Source: Camelus dromedarius
Lineage: Eukaryota
Assembly: GCF_036321535.1 (NCBI RefSeq)
Contig: NC_087436.1
Span: 118,794,001 to 118,858,000 of the forward strand
DNA length: 64,000 nucleotides
Direction of reading: 5' to 3'
Positions 1 to 14,269 of the stretch are shown in pieces. Under the pieces are notes generated by a model, which was given only the letters and a program-made list of their open reading frames with translations, was not told the DNA's origin and did no database searches. Numbering within the stretch: position 1 is the stretch's first letter; each line of letters opens with the position of its first letter. The translations under genes were made by a program, and so were the position numbers.

Positions 1-344
1 GCAGAGCAAGGACTCGGGGCGGAGGAGGGGGAAGGAGTCCATTAAAATGCCAACAGTGATTGACTGATTGCCCTGGAAGGTACTGCTGCCATGGACCACT
101 TATTTCCCAGATAGTCTTACAATGTGGTTATCTTACTTCCTAATAGAAAAATGCATTTAAAAATAACCAAGTTCCGCCAAACCACTTCCCATTTCTGAGT
201 CTCTAATGTCAGCGTGTAGAGACCTGTGCCTCGTTCAACTTGACTCCGTACAAGTTTGGACCCTGGAGCCCCAGACTTGAGTTAGGATGTCAGCCTTGTC
301 AATTTACTTTATCTCTTTGACTCATTTCCGTATTTTATATCTAT

Positions 345-430
345 ATGCTTCCTGTAACTGCAAAATGGAAAAAGCAACGCTGACCTCAACAGGGTTGCTA
401 CGAGGATTAAATGAGATGGTATAAAACAGC
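345..430 (+). mobile_element. MIR SINE fragment
   Basis: Core ctgcaaaatgg...acctcaacagggttgctacgaggattaaatgagat. Confidence 0.7.
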
Positions 431-439
431 TATTTAACC

Positions 440-1383
440 GAGTGTCCAAATTTGGTCCACAGATCGATTTTATTTGGCTCACTCATTTAGAGTGTACTAT
501 AAACATTTTCACCAACATTGAAAATCCTTGGATTTTACATAAAGGTGTTACGGGTTAAACCGAGTCTCCCCCAAAAAGATCTGTTGGAGTCCTAGCCCCC
601 CAATGCTTTAGAATGTGGCATCATTTGCAAATATGGTCACTGTGACAGTTGTTAATAGGAGGGCATACTGGAGTATGTTGGACCCCTAATCCAACGTGAC
701 CGGTGAAGAAGATGGCCGTGTAGTGACAGAGACACATAGGGAAAATGGCATGTGACAAGGAAAGCAGAGACTGTAGTTACACAGCTTAAAGACAAGGCCA
801 AAGATTGCCAGTAAGTCACCAGAAGCTAAGATGAGGTAGGAAAGGATTCTTCTACAGGTTTCAGACGGAGCATGATGCTGCCAACACCTTAATTTTAGAC
901 TTCTAGACTCCAAAACCGTGAGATGACACATTTCAGCTGTTCCAGGCCACCCATTCTGTGGTGCTTGGTTTCAGAAGCCGCAGGAAACTAACACGTGGGG
1001 CTCTCCACTTCTCTCGAAGGACTGGAATATCCGACAGCACCCAGCTCACTTTCTAGTCGCAACTGATATTCTGGGCTCAGTTTTCCACAGTCCCCACCTC
1101 TCCCTACTGTGACCCTAACACCAAAGCTGTATGTCTGTGATCATTTGGTATCACATCTGCATTGCTGTTTTCTTTACAGAAGAAAAATATTTCTCTACAA
1201 CCATCTCTCTATAGTTATAGGGCCGTCTGATTCACTAAAAAGGAGAACAGGCCCACATCTTCGTGGAAGTGAAAAATGTTTATGGGTTTAAATGCACACC
1301 AAGTCCTTTTTTCTACCTGCCCCAATTCGCTCTTTTACATCCCAGCTTGGGCCCTGTGGGCATCTGAGTTTTCCAAGCCCAGC
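440..1383 (+). mobile_element. hAT-Charlie DNA transposon fossil (MER102/Charlie8-like), split by the MLT1 at 546-995
   Basis: ccaacattgaaaatcc..ggattttacataaa left of the LTR; ccacagtccccacctctccctactgt and the terminal ggccctgtgggcatctgagtttt right of it. Both resemble the remembered consensus. Confidence 0.55.
546..995 (+). mobile_element. MaLR solo LTR (MLT1B/C-like)
   Basis: TGTTACGGGTTAAA start, ccagaagctaag, gccaacaccttaattttagacttctagactcca, ggaaactaacac end. Confidence 0.85.
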
Positions 1384-1854
1384 TCTGCTCTCCTCACTGG
1401 ACATTTGGAAATTATCTCTAAAAAAATGGGCAAACCCCCATTTTCCAAAAAGAATGCACTCTGCATCATTCCAAAAGAACCAAAGGCTCCTGATTTTTCA
1501 AAACAGGATAAAAGATGTTATAAACCAAGACCAAGTGTCCTTTAAATCCTTCTAAAGGTCTAAGTATTTATGGTTTTAATTTTGGGCAAGCAGCGCCTGT
1601 GTCCTAAAAACAGAAATCATCTGTAAGTTTTCCATGAATAAATTACAAGAACCAAGTCCACGGCCTGGTTATTTATGTTGCTTTGAGAGACGGCAATAAC
1701 AGATTTTTCACCATCAAACACGCGGAGATGCAAGTATCTCTGCCTTCAGGGCCCCTCCACGGTGGGGGTGTCCCCTCCCCCTCCCCCTGGACCACTGGCC
1801 CTGCAGACCCTGGCACGGAGACAGAGCAGCGCAGCCGCAGCACCGCAGGCTCAC

Positions 1855-1914
1855 CTTGGGTGGCTTCAGGCCCTTCCCACGTTGTCGTTTGGAGCGCAAG
1901 AGCCGTTCTCTCTC
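1855..1914 (-). CDS. JAKMIP1: JAKMIP1 exon 8, codons 415-434
   Basis: Acceptor tgtgtttccttctag|GAG; ERERLLRSKRQRGKGLKPPK; donor AAG|gtgagc; 60 nt. Confidence 0.93.
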
Positions 1915-2714
1915 CTAGAAGGAAACACAACTGTTCGCTTTTCCAGCTCGCCTCCCATCACACCCACCAACCCAGTGCGCTCTCAGAGGGTGTGACTTAT
2001 AGCCCTGCCGTGCCTGCCTGCACTGGGCGTGGGCTAAGTCCAGGTTCTGAGTATCCAAGGGACGGCTGCTTCTCAGAACTAATCGCTGCAGAGCCACACC
2101 GTTAACTGGGCTTAGACCATCCCAGAGAAAAATGCCAAGATCTGCCAGTCTTGTAAAACTCCAGCCCGTCTGCCTTTGGGGCCGGAAGCTTTAAGGCTTT
2201 AAGCAGTGTTGACCAGGTATCTGCTCTGTCACTGATCACAGCAGAAAATGAAAAAGGCTGCAGATTTGATCTCAGACAGAACTGGGGCCAAATCCTCTTG
2301 GGGCCTCCTCCTGGCCAGGTGACACATCTTTTTTCTCTGATTCTCAGATTCTTCCCTTGCTATATGGGCTAGAACTTGTCTTGCAGACGGCTGGTGGCTC
2401 CTGTCAGAAGAAATGGCACCTAGAGAGCAGTAGCTGGAGTGGCAGCATGCTGCCCCAGATAAAACCAGCCAATTCTCTCCTTTCTAATCAAATGCTTCTG
2501 TTCTCTTCGGCTGCCAGGAAACCCAAAGACAAACCTGCTCCTTGGCTGCAGCCCATGTGGTCCACCCCAGTGTCCCTCCTGATCTTGACTGATGCTGCCA
2601 TGTTTATTTTTTCCAGACTTATCTGTTTATTTTTCCTCTTTCAACTTTATCATCATTTTTGAGTGTGGTTTTTTTTATCTTAAGCTGCATAAAGTCTTTA
2701 GTGTCATGAAGCAA

Positions 2715-2880
2715 ACATGAATGGAAGGACTGATGGATAGATGGATGGATGGAATGAAGGCAGGATGGAAGGAAGAAGGGATAGAGGGATGGAGGGAAGG
2801 AGGGAGGATGGGAAGATGGATGAAAGGATGGGAGGGAGGAGAGATGGATGGGTGGAAAGATGGAAGGAAGGAGTAAAGAG
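2715..2880. repeat. (GGAT/GGAA/GGAG)n purine-rich simple repeat
   Basis: Seen directly. Confidence 0.85.
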
Positions 2881-3818
2881 ATAGAGCTAGTCAAGCAAAG
2901 TGAATTCGACAATTATGGTCAAAGCCTTTTTGAGAATTTTGATCCCTGCCATTCCTACTTTTTAAAGATCCACGGATAGAACCATCACATAACCCCTTGG
3001 GCAAGAACACACTCTGCTTCTAAGACGCAGCTAAAGCTCACTACAGATGCTCCCTTACAGGTGCCTAAGCTCATTCCACAGAGAGCTGCAGAATTCTCTG
3101 GATGTAACCCTCCACCTACTTAAAATATACTCATACCTCCCTTAATCTTCACACACACAAACACACGCACACACACAGTCTCAGCAAGTCCTTCAAAATC
3201 TGGTCTGATTATAAGGTTCAGGTATTCGAGTTCACAGTCTGTAACTACTAAGCTAAAAAAAATTAGACTTTTGGGGGAAAGATCATGCTCACTCTGTACA
3301 GGTCAGAAGACTTTCTTAAAACTGCTGCTTCTATTTTTTTAAACACACATCTACTTTAATGCATCAGTATCATTCCCCTAGAGGGGGTGCACCGTTCCTG
3401 GACGTACTGCAATACCAGGTTGATGCGTGGAGTGGGTGGAGCCAGCGCCTACTCCAACTCTCTGCTCCAAACATCTGTTTAATATACTGTCCTCGGATAG
3501 AGGACATATCAGACATTAAATGGGTAAGAACAGTACTACACTTGCTCTTAGCCAAAAGGCCGAGAAGCGATGATGCTGCTTCTTAATGGCAGCAAACTAG
3601 GGATAGGATTTGAGAAAAAGAGTAGCCATGGAAACTGCTCCCAGGTACCAGTGATGTCACAGCAGTAAACGATGTGGAAGCCGCTTTCTGGCAGAATAAA
3701 GCAGCGCGGTGCCCATCACCAGGAGGAGCTCCATGAGACCCGCCCCCTTCTGCAGCATCGCCCTGCAGCCCGGTGTCGCGTGGCGCCCCCTGGAGGGCCG
3801 TCACCCGCACAGACGCAC

Positions 3819-3959
3819 CAGTGAGAGGTCGTCAATGACGTGCTGCTGCTCCAGCACTTGCAGCCGCAGGAACTCGATCTCCTGCTCGTCCCTCGTCAGG
3901 CTGAGGTCGTTCAAGGAAGTGTGCCGCTTCAGGGACGCCTGGGCTGACAGCTTCTCCTT
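3819..3959 (-). CDS. JAKMIP1: JAKMIP1 exon 7, codons 368-414
   Basis: Acceptor ccctctcccttggctgcag|AAG; KEKLSAQASLKRHTSLNDLSLTRDEQEIEFLRLQVLEQQHVIDDLSL; donor CTG|gtgcgt; 141 nt. Confidence 0.96.
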
Positions 3960-4549
3960 CTGCAGCCAAGGGAGAGGGCACTGCAGGGCTGCTCACCCGC
4001 AACGCTTGTCCAGGACCCATCATGCACATCCGGGCACGAGCATGGGCTTGGGGATACGAGTTGGAAGGATGGAGGTAGGGATGGCGGCCACCTGTCCCCA
4101 CACTGGAGGAGCAGATAGCTGTAGACCAGACAGGCCCGAGGTACGGTTGACTGTACGCACTGCTGATGGGAAGGGCTGGGCAGGCATTCTAGGGGAGAGG
4201 TGGAGGTCTGCACCAAGCCTGGACAGCTTGGACGCTCGGGGAGGAGAGCGCAGCACACAGGGCAATGACACACACTAACACCTGGACCTGTCAGGAGACA
4301 GGGAGGAGGGCGTCCTGTCTCCCAGAGCCTCAGTCTTCTCAGCTGTCAAATGCGCATGACTGACACCGCCTTGGACAATGAACCTCAGAGCATTCCTTAA
4401 ACCATCAACTACAAGACACCATCCTGGCCACAAAGACCAATTATTCTTTTTGGAGCAAATAAAAGGCCCTTACGCAAAGCACTTAGAGTAAGGTCCTAAT
4501 GGCTTTCACATCCCGAGCCTCCCCAGTGAGATGGGTTTTCTGGGAGAAC

Positions 4550-5065
<516 letters not shown>

Positions 5066-5659
5066 TCAGACAGACAGAGGGCGGGGCAGCTTTAAGACTC
5101 GACGGGTGGCTGATGTCAACCGCGGAGGCCAGTGGAGATCCTGCCTGGCCTCTTTCGAGACTGGAGCTGCCACCGCTGGGACCACATTTCCTGGGTGGTG
5201 CACAAACCCAAAAGAGCCACGGATGCCTGGCTTCCAAATGCAGGCTCCCTGCTGAGCCTCAGAACTAAATGCAGAGTGATATTCTTTGCAGGGTTATTTT
5301 AACGGATGAAAATTAGAAACGACTTGAAGATTCATCAGTATCAAGACAACCACAAGAACCGCTGCACACATCGAGCACCCGCCAGGAGTCCAAAACGATG
5401 TTACTTAAGCCCTTTCAGGCATCTTCGCTCGTCTAACTCTCACCACGACCCGAGGAGGGGGCCCATCCGCATTCCCTTTTCACTTCGTAGACAAAGAACC
5501 TGACCACTAGGAGGTGAGGTGACGTGTGCAAGGTCAAGCAGAAAGTGCCAGAACCAAGAGTCGAACACAAGGGACCGACGGCAGAGCCCAGCTTTTGGTC
5601 ACCAGGCTGTGCAAGTTAAGATCCAACACTGACGGCAGCCATGAAAATGTAAAACGTGC

Positions 5660-6070
5660 CTGGACTTGAACATTCTAGCTCTAGAAACACACCCCACAGA
5701 CATAAAGGTTCAGGTGAGTAAAGACAGAAATGCGTCTTCTGCGTGGCCTTGTTTCTAACAGCAAAGAAACCTGAAACGGCCTAACTATTCAGCAGCAGAG
5801 GAACAGGTAAATAAACCAGGGTTGGTCCACACAGCAGAGCGCAACGCAGCTGTTCAAAAGACCAAGGGGCGTCTTCAGGCACTGGTGGGGAGCGCCGCCG
5901 CTGATCACCCACGCGGGAAAAGCAGGTTGCAGAACAGCCATACGTAGGGAAAACAGCCCGCTTGTAACCGCGAAACGACAAAAAAGATCCCTCAGTGGGT
6001 GTCGAAATGTTTGCAGAAGCATTAAAACCACGTAAGAACCACCTCAAACTGCTAACAGTAGTTACCTCGT
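5660..6070 (+). mobile_element. Old L1 (L1ME-like) 3' fragment
   Basis: ttgtttctaacagcaaagaaacctgaaacggcctaactattcagcagcagaggaacaggtaaataaac resembles a decayed L1 3' end. Confidence 0.5.
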
Positions 6071-7048
6071 GATTTTAAGATCCAAGTGCTGGCAAACTTT
6101 TCCGTTCTCACTTTAAACACTTCACAAGGTCTGAATTGTTTCCAGCAAACCGTATTTTTTTCTAATCCACTTAGTAAACTATTTTGCCTCCCATAAGGGA
6201 TTTTTTTTAAGCTCATGAAAATTTAAGTGAAAAGTGGAGACATAATATTAGATGTTCAGTCTGATGAAGGCTATATAAAAATATGTCTTTGAAAATACTG
6301 GAAGGAAATGAATTTATTCTGATGCTGCTAAAATTGTGAAGCGGTGACATTCTTAACACTTCATCTCCCATGTTTTCAAATATATAGATACTTACTTTCA
6401 TAATAAAATTTAGAATAAAGAGAAATATTATGAGGTATTTGTCGAGAAGTTTATGTACTACCACTACATAAAAATTAGTCTAGCTGTTTACCCAGCAAAT
6501 TTAAACATATTCAATAAATTGCTATTTTTGCTTTATTTTTTTTAACTGGAAGTGCAAGTTATTTTTAAAATTAGAAGATTTTTTGCAAAGGAAAGTAAAA
6601 AGATAAGAAAAAATTAAGATTATCTATAATCACACCACCTAAAAAAACTTCCAGTATCCAGGATAATTACAACGTATTTTTGTTCTGTAAACAGTTTTTA
6701 TCATTTAATTTATGGTGCACAAATGTCTATGGCAATTAAATATGACCTATAACATGATTCTTAACGACTGCATGCAGCTCACTGCATAAATGTCCCACAA
6801 TGACTGTGACCAATACTGAGTATTGAACAACTGGGGCTCCGCTGCGTTCTGGTCTGGTTTCGGTTGCTACTAATCATCACTGCAATGAACAAGCTCTTCA
6901 AACCCCTCACTGAGCTTCCCTGATTGCTTGCTCGGGATAAATCCCTGCAGAAACAACAGGCTTCTTCAACGAGCGTGTGTTCGGTTTTTAATCAGAGAGA
7001 AATTAGAAGGAAAGGCGAGGAAAGGCCTCTGCGTGAACTCCCTGTTTA

Positions 7049-7240
<192 letters not shown>

Positions 7241-7803
7241 CTAAAAAAGAATCAAAATGTAAGTGCACTTTAAAGCTTAACTGAGTCAAAGCGCTCCACG
7301 GACCCTTCTCAGAAAACTCTCAGGACAAAGGTGGGCTCCTTGTTAGAGGGACCGGACGCCGCGCTGGGGCTCCCCCGTGTCAAGCAACAGGTGGAAAGGC
7401 TTCATCTCAAAGGCGATGAGGTCTCAAACCCTCCAGTGGCTCCCTAACATCTGCATGTCTCTGGGGACCTTCCTGGAGACAGACACTTAACCATCTAGTG
7501 AATGAATGAATGAATGAATGCAGCTTGGGCCTCCTCTGCTAAGTACCAAGCGTGGCCCAGATGCCCCGCTGCTGGCCTGGCTCCCCCTCACGGGCGGGGC
7601 CTTTAGGTCACGCCCTGTCCGGACTGGGCCCCTGGCTGTGCTCCTCCTCGATACTCCGCACTCCTGTCTTCATGTCGTTGTTTTCAGCTGAGCCCTAAGA
7701 CCACAGGAGGCGAAAGTAGCCCGACCCTCACCTCTGTACTCCCGTGCCTAGCACTGGGCCTGGCACATAGTGAATGTAAGCACATGTGGGGAGGAAGGGG
7801 TCA

Positions 7804-8280
<477 letters not shown>

Positions 8281-8569
8281 TCAGTGCCTCGGGACACAGA
8301 GTGGCCACAGTGCACAGCCCAGGCCCTGCTCCCCGTCACCGCTCCTGAACAGAGGAGCACAGAGCTGTGGGTCCAACTACTTCTATGGTCAACCAGATAC
8401 TTACCATCAAAACTGACCTATGCTTGGGTCTTTTCCACCTTAATGAAATAAAGTCAAATCCTGACCCCCCAGGCCCCTCCAGCCACCACTGCCCCTGCCC
8501 CTGCAGCTCTCAGTTTCCTTAGAGTTGGTCATTCTCTTGTCTCTCACGCCTAACTGGCCGCCTCCTCAC

Positions 8570-8990
8570 CCTGCCAGCGAACAGCTCTTGCTAAGGTCTC
8601 CAGCGCTCTCCTGGCCCTCAAACCCACTGGACACCTTTCTGTCCTCTCTCCTCCTCACCAGCATCTGATCCTGTTGCCCACTCCCTCTTGCCCTCCACGG
8701 GACTTCTCAGTTTCCATCTTCTTTACAGACTTGCCTCGCCCTGGTCGCCATTCAAATTCGTAGTTTCCAAGGCTTGGCCCTCTTCCCAGTCTGTGTCCTT
8801 GCCCCAGGCGGCCGCGTCCTCACCCATGACACTAACTCTACCATGTGCAGCTGACGCTCCAGCCTCCTCCCCTGGCCCTGACATCTCTCAGGCACCCACA
8901 GAGAACCCACTGGTTGCCTGACATCTCTGCTGGGGCCTCCAAGGCCCCTGGTCCTCTCACGAGCCTCAGCGTGAGCCCCAGTGCACCCCA
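8570..8990 (+). mobile_element. L2 LINE ORF2 fragment
   Basis: aacagctcttgctaaggtctccagc...aaacccactggacac...gcatctgatcctgttgcccactccctc matches the L2 RT region. Confidence 0.7.
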
Positions 8991-9129
8991 GCCCAGACTC
9001 ACCCCACAGTCCCTAGAGGAAACCAAACAAAAGAAGCTTATGGAAGAGGAAGCTTTAGTAGCTGGCTGTCCACTTCAATTGTTTCTGGATGCAAAGCCAA
9101 TAGCTGGGAAACTGTCAGAGGAAGGGTGC

Positions 9130-10053
9130 TGTACTGGGGTGCCCTGCACCCCCAAATCCATGTCCTTCCTACAACCTGAGACTCTGATCTCATTTGGAAC
9201 TTGGGTCTTGGCAGATATAATTAGTTAAGATGAGGTTACACTGGAATAGGTTGGGCCTAACGACTGGCGTCCTTATAAGGGGAGAAGGGACACAGATACC
9301 CGGGGAGAAAGTTGCAGGAAAATGAGAGGAGGGATGTGCCCTGCCAAGTGAGGGTCCTTGGCTTCCCGTGGGAACGAATTCAAGAGTGAGCCAGAGTAGA
9401 GTGAAGGCAGACTTATTCAGGGAGGTGCACACTCAGCAGACACAGAGCGGGCCATCTTAGAAGGCCAGAGAGGCGAGAGGTGAGAGGCCCTGGGATTTGG
9501 GGTTGTTCATTTTTATGCACTTGGTGGCTTCATATGCTAACAAGTGGGAGAATTATTCCAGCTATTTTGGGGAAAGGAAGATGTCCCAGAATTGGGCAAC
9601 TGCCCACTCTTCACTTTTTATGGCCAGCCTCAGAACCGTCATGGTGGCTGTGGGAGGGCCATTTAGCAGCTAATGTATTACAGTGAGCCTGCAGTGAAGC
9701 TCAAGGTCTCCTGGAAGTCAAGTCTTCTGCCATCTTCGACTTAGTTGGCTCTAACCAGTTAACCTATCCTCAATGTTTTAACACAGTCAGAAGAAGAGGA
9801 GGAACACAGGAGAGGCCACAGAAGGAGGAGGCAGAGATGGGAGGGATGTGGCCACAAGCCCAGGAAAGCTTGGAGCCCCCAGAAGCTGGAAGACAAGGAA
9901 GGATCCTCCCTGAGAGTATTCAGTGGGGCATGGCCCTACCAACATCTTGATTTTGAACCTCCAGTGTCCGGAACTATGAGAGAAAAAATTTCTGTTGTTT
10001 TAAGCCACTGAGTGTATGGTCATTTGTCGAGGCAGCCCCAGGAAACTGATACA
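9130..10053 (+). mobile_element. MaLR solo LTR (MLT1B/C-like), interrupted by an ERV1 LTR
   Basis: 5' half tcatttggaacttgggtcttggcagatataattagttaagatgagg; 3' half cagaagctggaagacaagg...ttttaagccac...ggaaactgataca. Confidence 0.85.
9311..9783 (-). mobile_element. ERV1 LTR, MER41/MER4-group-like
   Basis: gagggtccttggcttcccgtgggaacgaattcaagagtgagcc, catatgctaacaag, gtcatggtggctgtgggag and gccatctt follow the reverse-complement MER41-type layout. Confidence 0.65.
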
Positions 10054-10549
10054 CACAATCAATGTTAGTTGGCACCATTAATCAACTTTAGCTGCTGGCT
10101 AACAGAAGGCTATCTTATTTAAACAGCAGACCATGAAAAACTGATAAAATATAACAGATTATGGAAGGAGGAAAAGGGTACCCCCAAACTCCAGACTGAG
10201 GTTTTCAACAAAGTCCCACCGTTCTGACAAGCTCTTTGAGTTGCCTTTCTTTGGAAGAAAAAAGGATGCTCCCCTTCTCTCTGCACCCCCAACCTCTCCC
10301 CATGATAGTGTCCTGGAGCTCCCGCCAAGGGTGAGCTTCCTTCAGCAGCTGCAGAACGTGTCCACTGCTCCCCCTGGTGGCGGTTCACCACAGCTCCCTG
10401 CTTCGGCTAAACCCGCTCTGAATGGGTGGGAGCATCTCCCCACTGTAGGGAAGAATCCTTAATGATCTGGAAAACATTGTTGCCACTGCAGATTTCAATC
10501 CAGAAGTAATAAGAACTATGTGAAAGGAGTTCATTAATTTAAACCACTT

Positions 10550-10790
10550 ATACATGCTTTCATTAACTCAACAAATAGACTGAATTGAGCACCATCAACA
10601 GGTGCTGTGAAACACTGGTGAGAGAAACAGATCAGTGTCCCTGCCCTCAGAGCTTCCATTCTAGAGGGGAAGTAGCAGAAAACGTAATAAATAAGTCAAC
10701 ACTGGCAGAGATCAGAGCATTAGTGCTACGAGAAAAAAGCAAAGCAAGAGGAATCAGTGGTACCAGTTAGGGGTGCTCCAAGTTAACAGG
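10550..10790 (-). mobile_element. L2 3' fragment
   Basis: cattaactcaacaaatag...tccctgccctcagagcttccattctagaggg. Confidence 0.7.
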
Positions 10791-11379
10791 TAGGGTTCCA
10801 GTCTGTCCCCTCAGCATCCCGGCTGCACACTCCGGGCTTTGCACTGGAGCCCCGAAGCACAGCCCCTGCCACCACAGTGCACTAACTCCTCCCACAAAAA
10901 GCAGCAGCGTCACAAGCAAGACACGTCTGGAGATCCAAATTCTCAGCCTAGATGAGCATCAAGTCCCCACTTATCCCACTAAATGAGCAGAGGGCTTCCA
11001 CCTCATCACATGGGAAACGTTCCTGGAAAGCAGTCTCGCTAGTGGAGATGGCGCCCAGGAACGGAAGCACAAAGCAGAATAGGTTCTGGAGCCAACATTC
11101 TCTAGGTTGCTACACTTCCTGGGCCAGAGTCCTGAGGTTCCAGGGGTGAGGATACCTGTCAGCTCTTGGAGCTCACAGCAAGCACTCTCACCATTTGTCA
11201 ACTTTGATCTGACTCCCAGGCTGGGGTCTTAGCCATCTGCCCCCTGCCCTCAGGACCTCAGGACCCTGATGAAGCCTGAACCTCTGACACCGAGCCTCCG
11301 GAGCTTCCCCAAACCCCATCACCTGAGTGTACTGGACATTCCTGGGTTGCCTCCTTGCATATGTCTCCCCTTCTCCCAC

Positions 11380-11860
11380 ACTCCCAGTCTCACCATGTGG
11401 TTCAGGAGAGGGGTGGGGCTGAAACCACTTTAAATTCCCAGGGCAGGCCCTAATTGGCTCATACCACCCAATGGCTCCACCCCCTAATAGTCATTGTTTC
11501 AGGGATGGATACCCAATCAGAGCCAACAGCCTGAAGTGGGTGTTGCTAGGACCCTCCTATTTCTCCTTAGGAGCTAAGAAAGAGCTTCTCTCACTTTCTC
11601 TGAGCTGTTTCCTGTGAGGATATTGGGCCCGGCACAGCAGTGGCATCCCACCAGCGTGCTGAGAGCCCAGAGCCCAAGAATGACACAGCAGGGGCAGAGA
11701 AGAGCCTGAGAAACCCGGGGCCAGGAGATGTCATTAGTGCCACCGGAGCTGTGTCGGAAGGTAGTCCCGCTACTTCAGTTATGAGAGCCGATAGACTCAC
11801 GATTCAAGCCGGTTGAAGGCAGAATTTCTATCACTTGTGCCCATAAAATTCTAACAGATG
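11380..11860 (+). mobile_element. Old MaLR LTR (MLT1K/L-like)
   Basis: cattgtttcagggatggatacccaatcagag; acttcagttatgagagccgatag; ttctatcacttgtgcccataaaattctaacagat end. Confidence 0.6.
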
Positions 11861-11889
11861 ATGCAGAGTTGGGGATGATGGCGATCACT

Positions 11890-12090
11890 TCTTACATGCT
11901 AGTGTGAGCTCAGGACTACGTACATACTAAGAGACACGTTCTCTCTCAGTCTTCAAAAGACCCTCCATGTAGACATTATTTACCCCATTTTATAGGTAAG
12001 CCTGAGACCCAGAGAGGTGAATATGCCCACAGCCTAGTCAGCAGCAGAACCACGATTCAGACTCAGGTCAGCCTCTCCAAAGCCCTCGCC
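11890..12090 (-). mobile_element. MIR SINE
   Basis: ccccattttataggtaagcctgagacccagagaggtgaa core. Confidence 0.7.
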
Positions 12091-12307
12091 ATGCTCTCCC
12101 TCACAGGCATGGAATCTAATCACTTCTCAGCAGTCACATCGATCAGGACACTTGTCTCAGTGAAAACCTCAGCTTAGCCAGCTGCCAACAAACCCACCAA
12201 TTCATGAGTAATTTTGTGAGCTCTGCTTCACTGCGAAGTTTGGGGGAATCAAAGAATGAAAACAAGCTGCGACCCCACGATCCAGTCTCCCTGTTCTCCC
12301 TGATACC

Positions 12308-12753
12308 TGTAGTTGGGTGAATGGTGTTCCCCCCAAATTTCACGTCTACTCGGAAAAGCAGAATGTGATCCTATTAGAAATAGGGTCTTCAAAGATGTAA
12401 CTAAGATGGAAGTTAAGATGAGGTCATTCCACATTGGGGTGGGCCCTAGATGCACCAACTGGTGTCCTTATAGGAAGGGGACAAGACACAGAAACGTGAG
12501 GAGGAGCAGGCCACATGGAGGCAGAGGCAGGAGTGATGCAGCGCTAAGCCGAGGGATGCCAAGGACTCCCAGCAACCACCCGAAGCTGGAAGAGGCAAGA
12601 AAGGAGCATTCCCTGGAGGCTCCAGAGGGGCACAGCCCTGCTGACACCTTGATTTCAGGCTTCCAGACTCCAGAACAGTGAGAGAACAAATTCCTGTTGT
12701 TTTAAGCCATGGAGTTTGTGGCGATCTGTCACGGCAGCCCTAGGAACCCAGCA
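12308..12753 (+). mobile_element. MaLR solo LTR (MLT1C-like)
   Basis: TGTAGTTGGGTGAATGGTG start; gaagctggaagaggcaagaaagg; ccctgctgacaccttgatttcaggcttccagactccagaac; ggcagccctaggaa end. Confidence 0.9.
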
Positions 12754-12789
12754 GAGCGCCACACCGGGAGGTATCAGGAGCTGCTGTGC

Positions 12790-13175
12790 ACTCAGGAGGA
12801 GCACTGCAGTTCCCAGCGCCCCTTGCAGCTGGGTGAGGCCGAGCGAGTAACTTCCGGCCAATGAGGTGGAAGTGGAAGGGTTCAGAACCTCCAAAAAGAA
12901 AAGCATTTTTTAAAATGAAGACCACACCCTCCTTCATCTGCCCTCCTACTGCCAACTTGGGATGAAGGTGTGATGGCTGGCACCCCATGGAATGAGGGGC
13001 CATGAGGACCACATCCCAGAGTCCCCTCTGAAGGGAAAGCTGAGAGGCGTGTGTGGCCTGCTCTACTCTGTGGAGCCCTTTCCAGACTTTGCACATGGAA
13101 GAAGAATAACTTCCAGATTTTAAGCCCCTGTGTATGGGGGTGGGGGTAGTCCTCCCAGACCTAATCGTAACTGGT
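12790..13175 (+). mobile_element. Old MaLR LTR (MLT1I/J-like)
   Basis: ttcccagcgccccttgcagctggg...ttccggccaatgaggtggaagtggaag; gaagaataac...ttttaagcccctg. Confidence 0.6.
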
Positions 13176-13629
13176 CTAAGGAATGAGTCCAACCACCCCA
13201 CATTGACCATAACTGCTTCTTCCTCTTGGTTGTTTCTTCAAGAGGCATGTTAAATGTGTGAGCGGAAGCCTGGAAGCCTTCTTGCATTTCTAATCCAATC
13301 CAGCTGACAAAGAAATGAAATGCAGGCTACCTTCTGAGCATGCTGCCAAGAGGCCTGTCTGAGCAGGGCCGTTTATCAAATGGGAGGACAACGGGACAAA
13401 CGGACGCTTATTCTTTTCGCTCTGTTCCCCCACGTGGGCCACACGCACTGAGAACACCTGGCCGGGGACTACTGCTGTTTGGTACTGAAATGGAAACAGA
13501 CACCAAATCCTTGGTACATTTTAAATTAAGCTCAGTCAATCTCTTGTACAAATATTTGTTTTTCCCTCATTTTATTTACCTTAAATGTATATTTCCTGTA
13601 ACACAGGAACATGTTCTCCAGGTCTGCCA

Positions 13630-13820
13630 TTACAGACACTATGAGCTGATCTTAGATGCTCTAGTTAACTCAATCCTCGTGACGCTGGAGATACGTGATT
13701 ACCCCCATTTTGTAGATGAGGCACCTGAGGCTCAGAGACAGTAAGCAACTTGATTGGGGTCACACAGCTAACAAGTGAGGGAACCTGTATTCACACCCAG
13801 GAGAGACCTTCTCCAAAGCC
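13630..13820 (-). mobile_element. MIR SINE
   Basis: cccccattttgtagatgaggcacctgaggctcagagacagtaagcaacttg...gtcacacagctaacaagtg. Confidence 0.8.
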
Positions 13821-14269
13821 TTCTCTTCCTTTCATGGGATAGCAGGGCCTCCACACACACAAGCCAAAAAGGGGCGGGAGACTGCTTCTGAGAAGTCAGC
13901 ATTGGGATATGCTTAGATCTTCTATAAATTAGAAATATGAAATCAGCATATCTCTTCTGCCATTCTTGGTATTGCACTGTTAAGACGGGAACTGATGCCC
14001 TGTCACTGCCTGGCGACCAGTCTGGAGCTGTACAGCTGGACAGGGACTTCAAAAGGACACCTGGTGCTTCTGCCTCCAGTGGTTAAATCTCTTTCGGTGT
14101 CTCCCACAGGCAGGAGAGACCTGTCAAAGCCTCCATTCCGCACCCAGGATAGCAGGGACTTGGTTGGAACCCCAGGGCCTAGAACCATGACCGGAGCACA
14201 GTGGGTGCCCGAAACTCGGCTTTTACTACTCCAAGCCAGGAGGACGGAGCACGTGCTGGTGGAGAGGAC

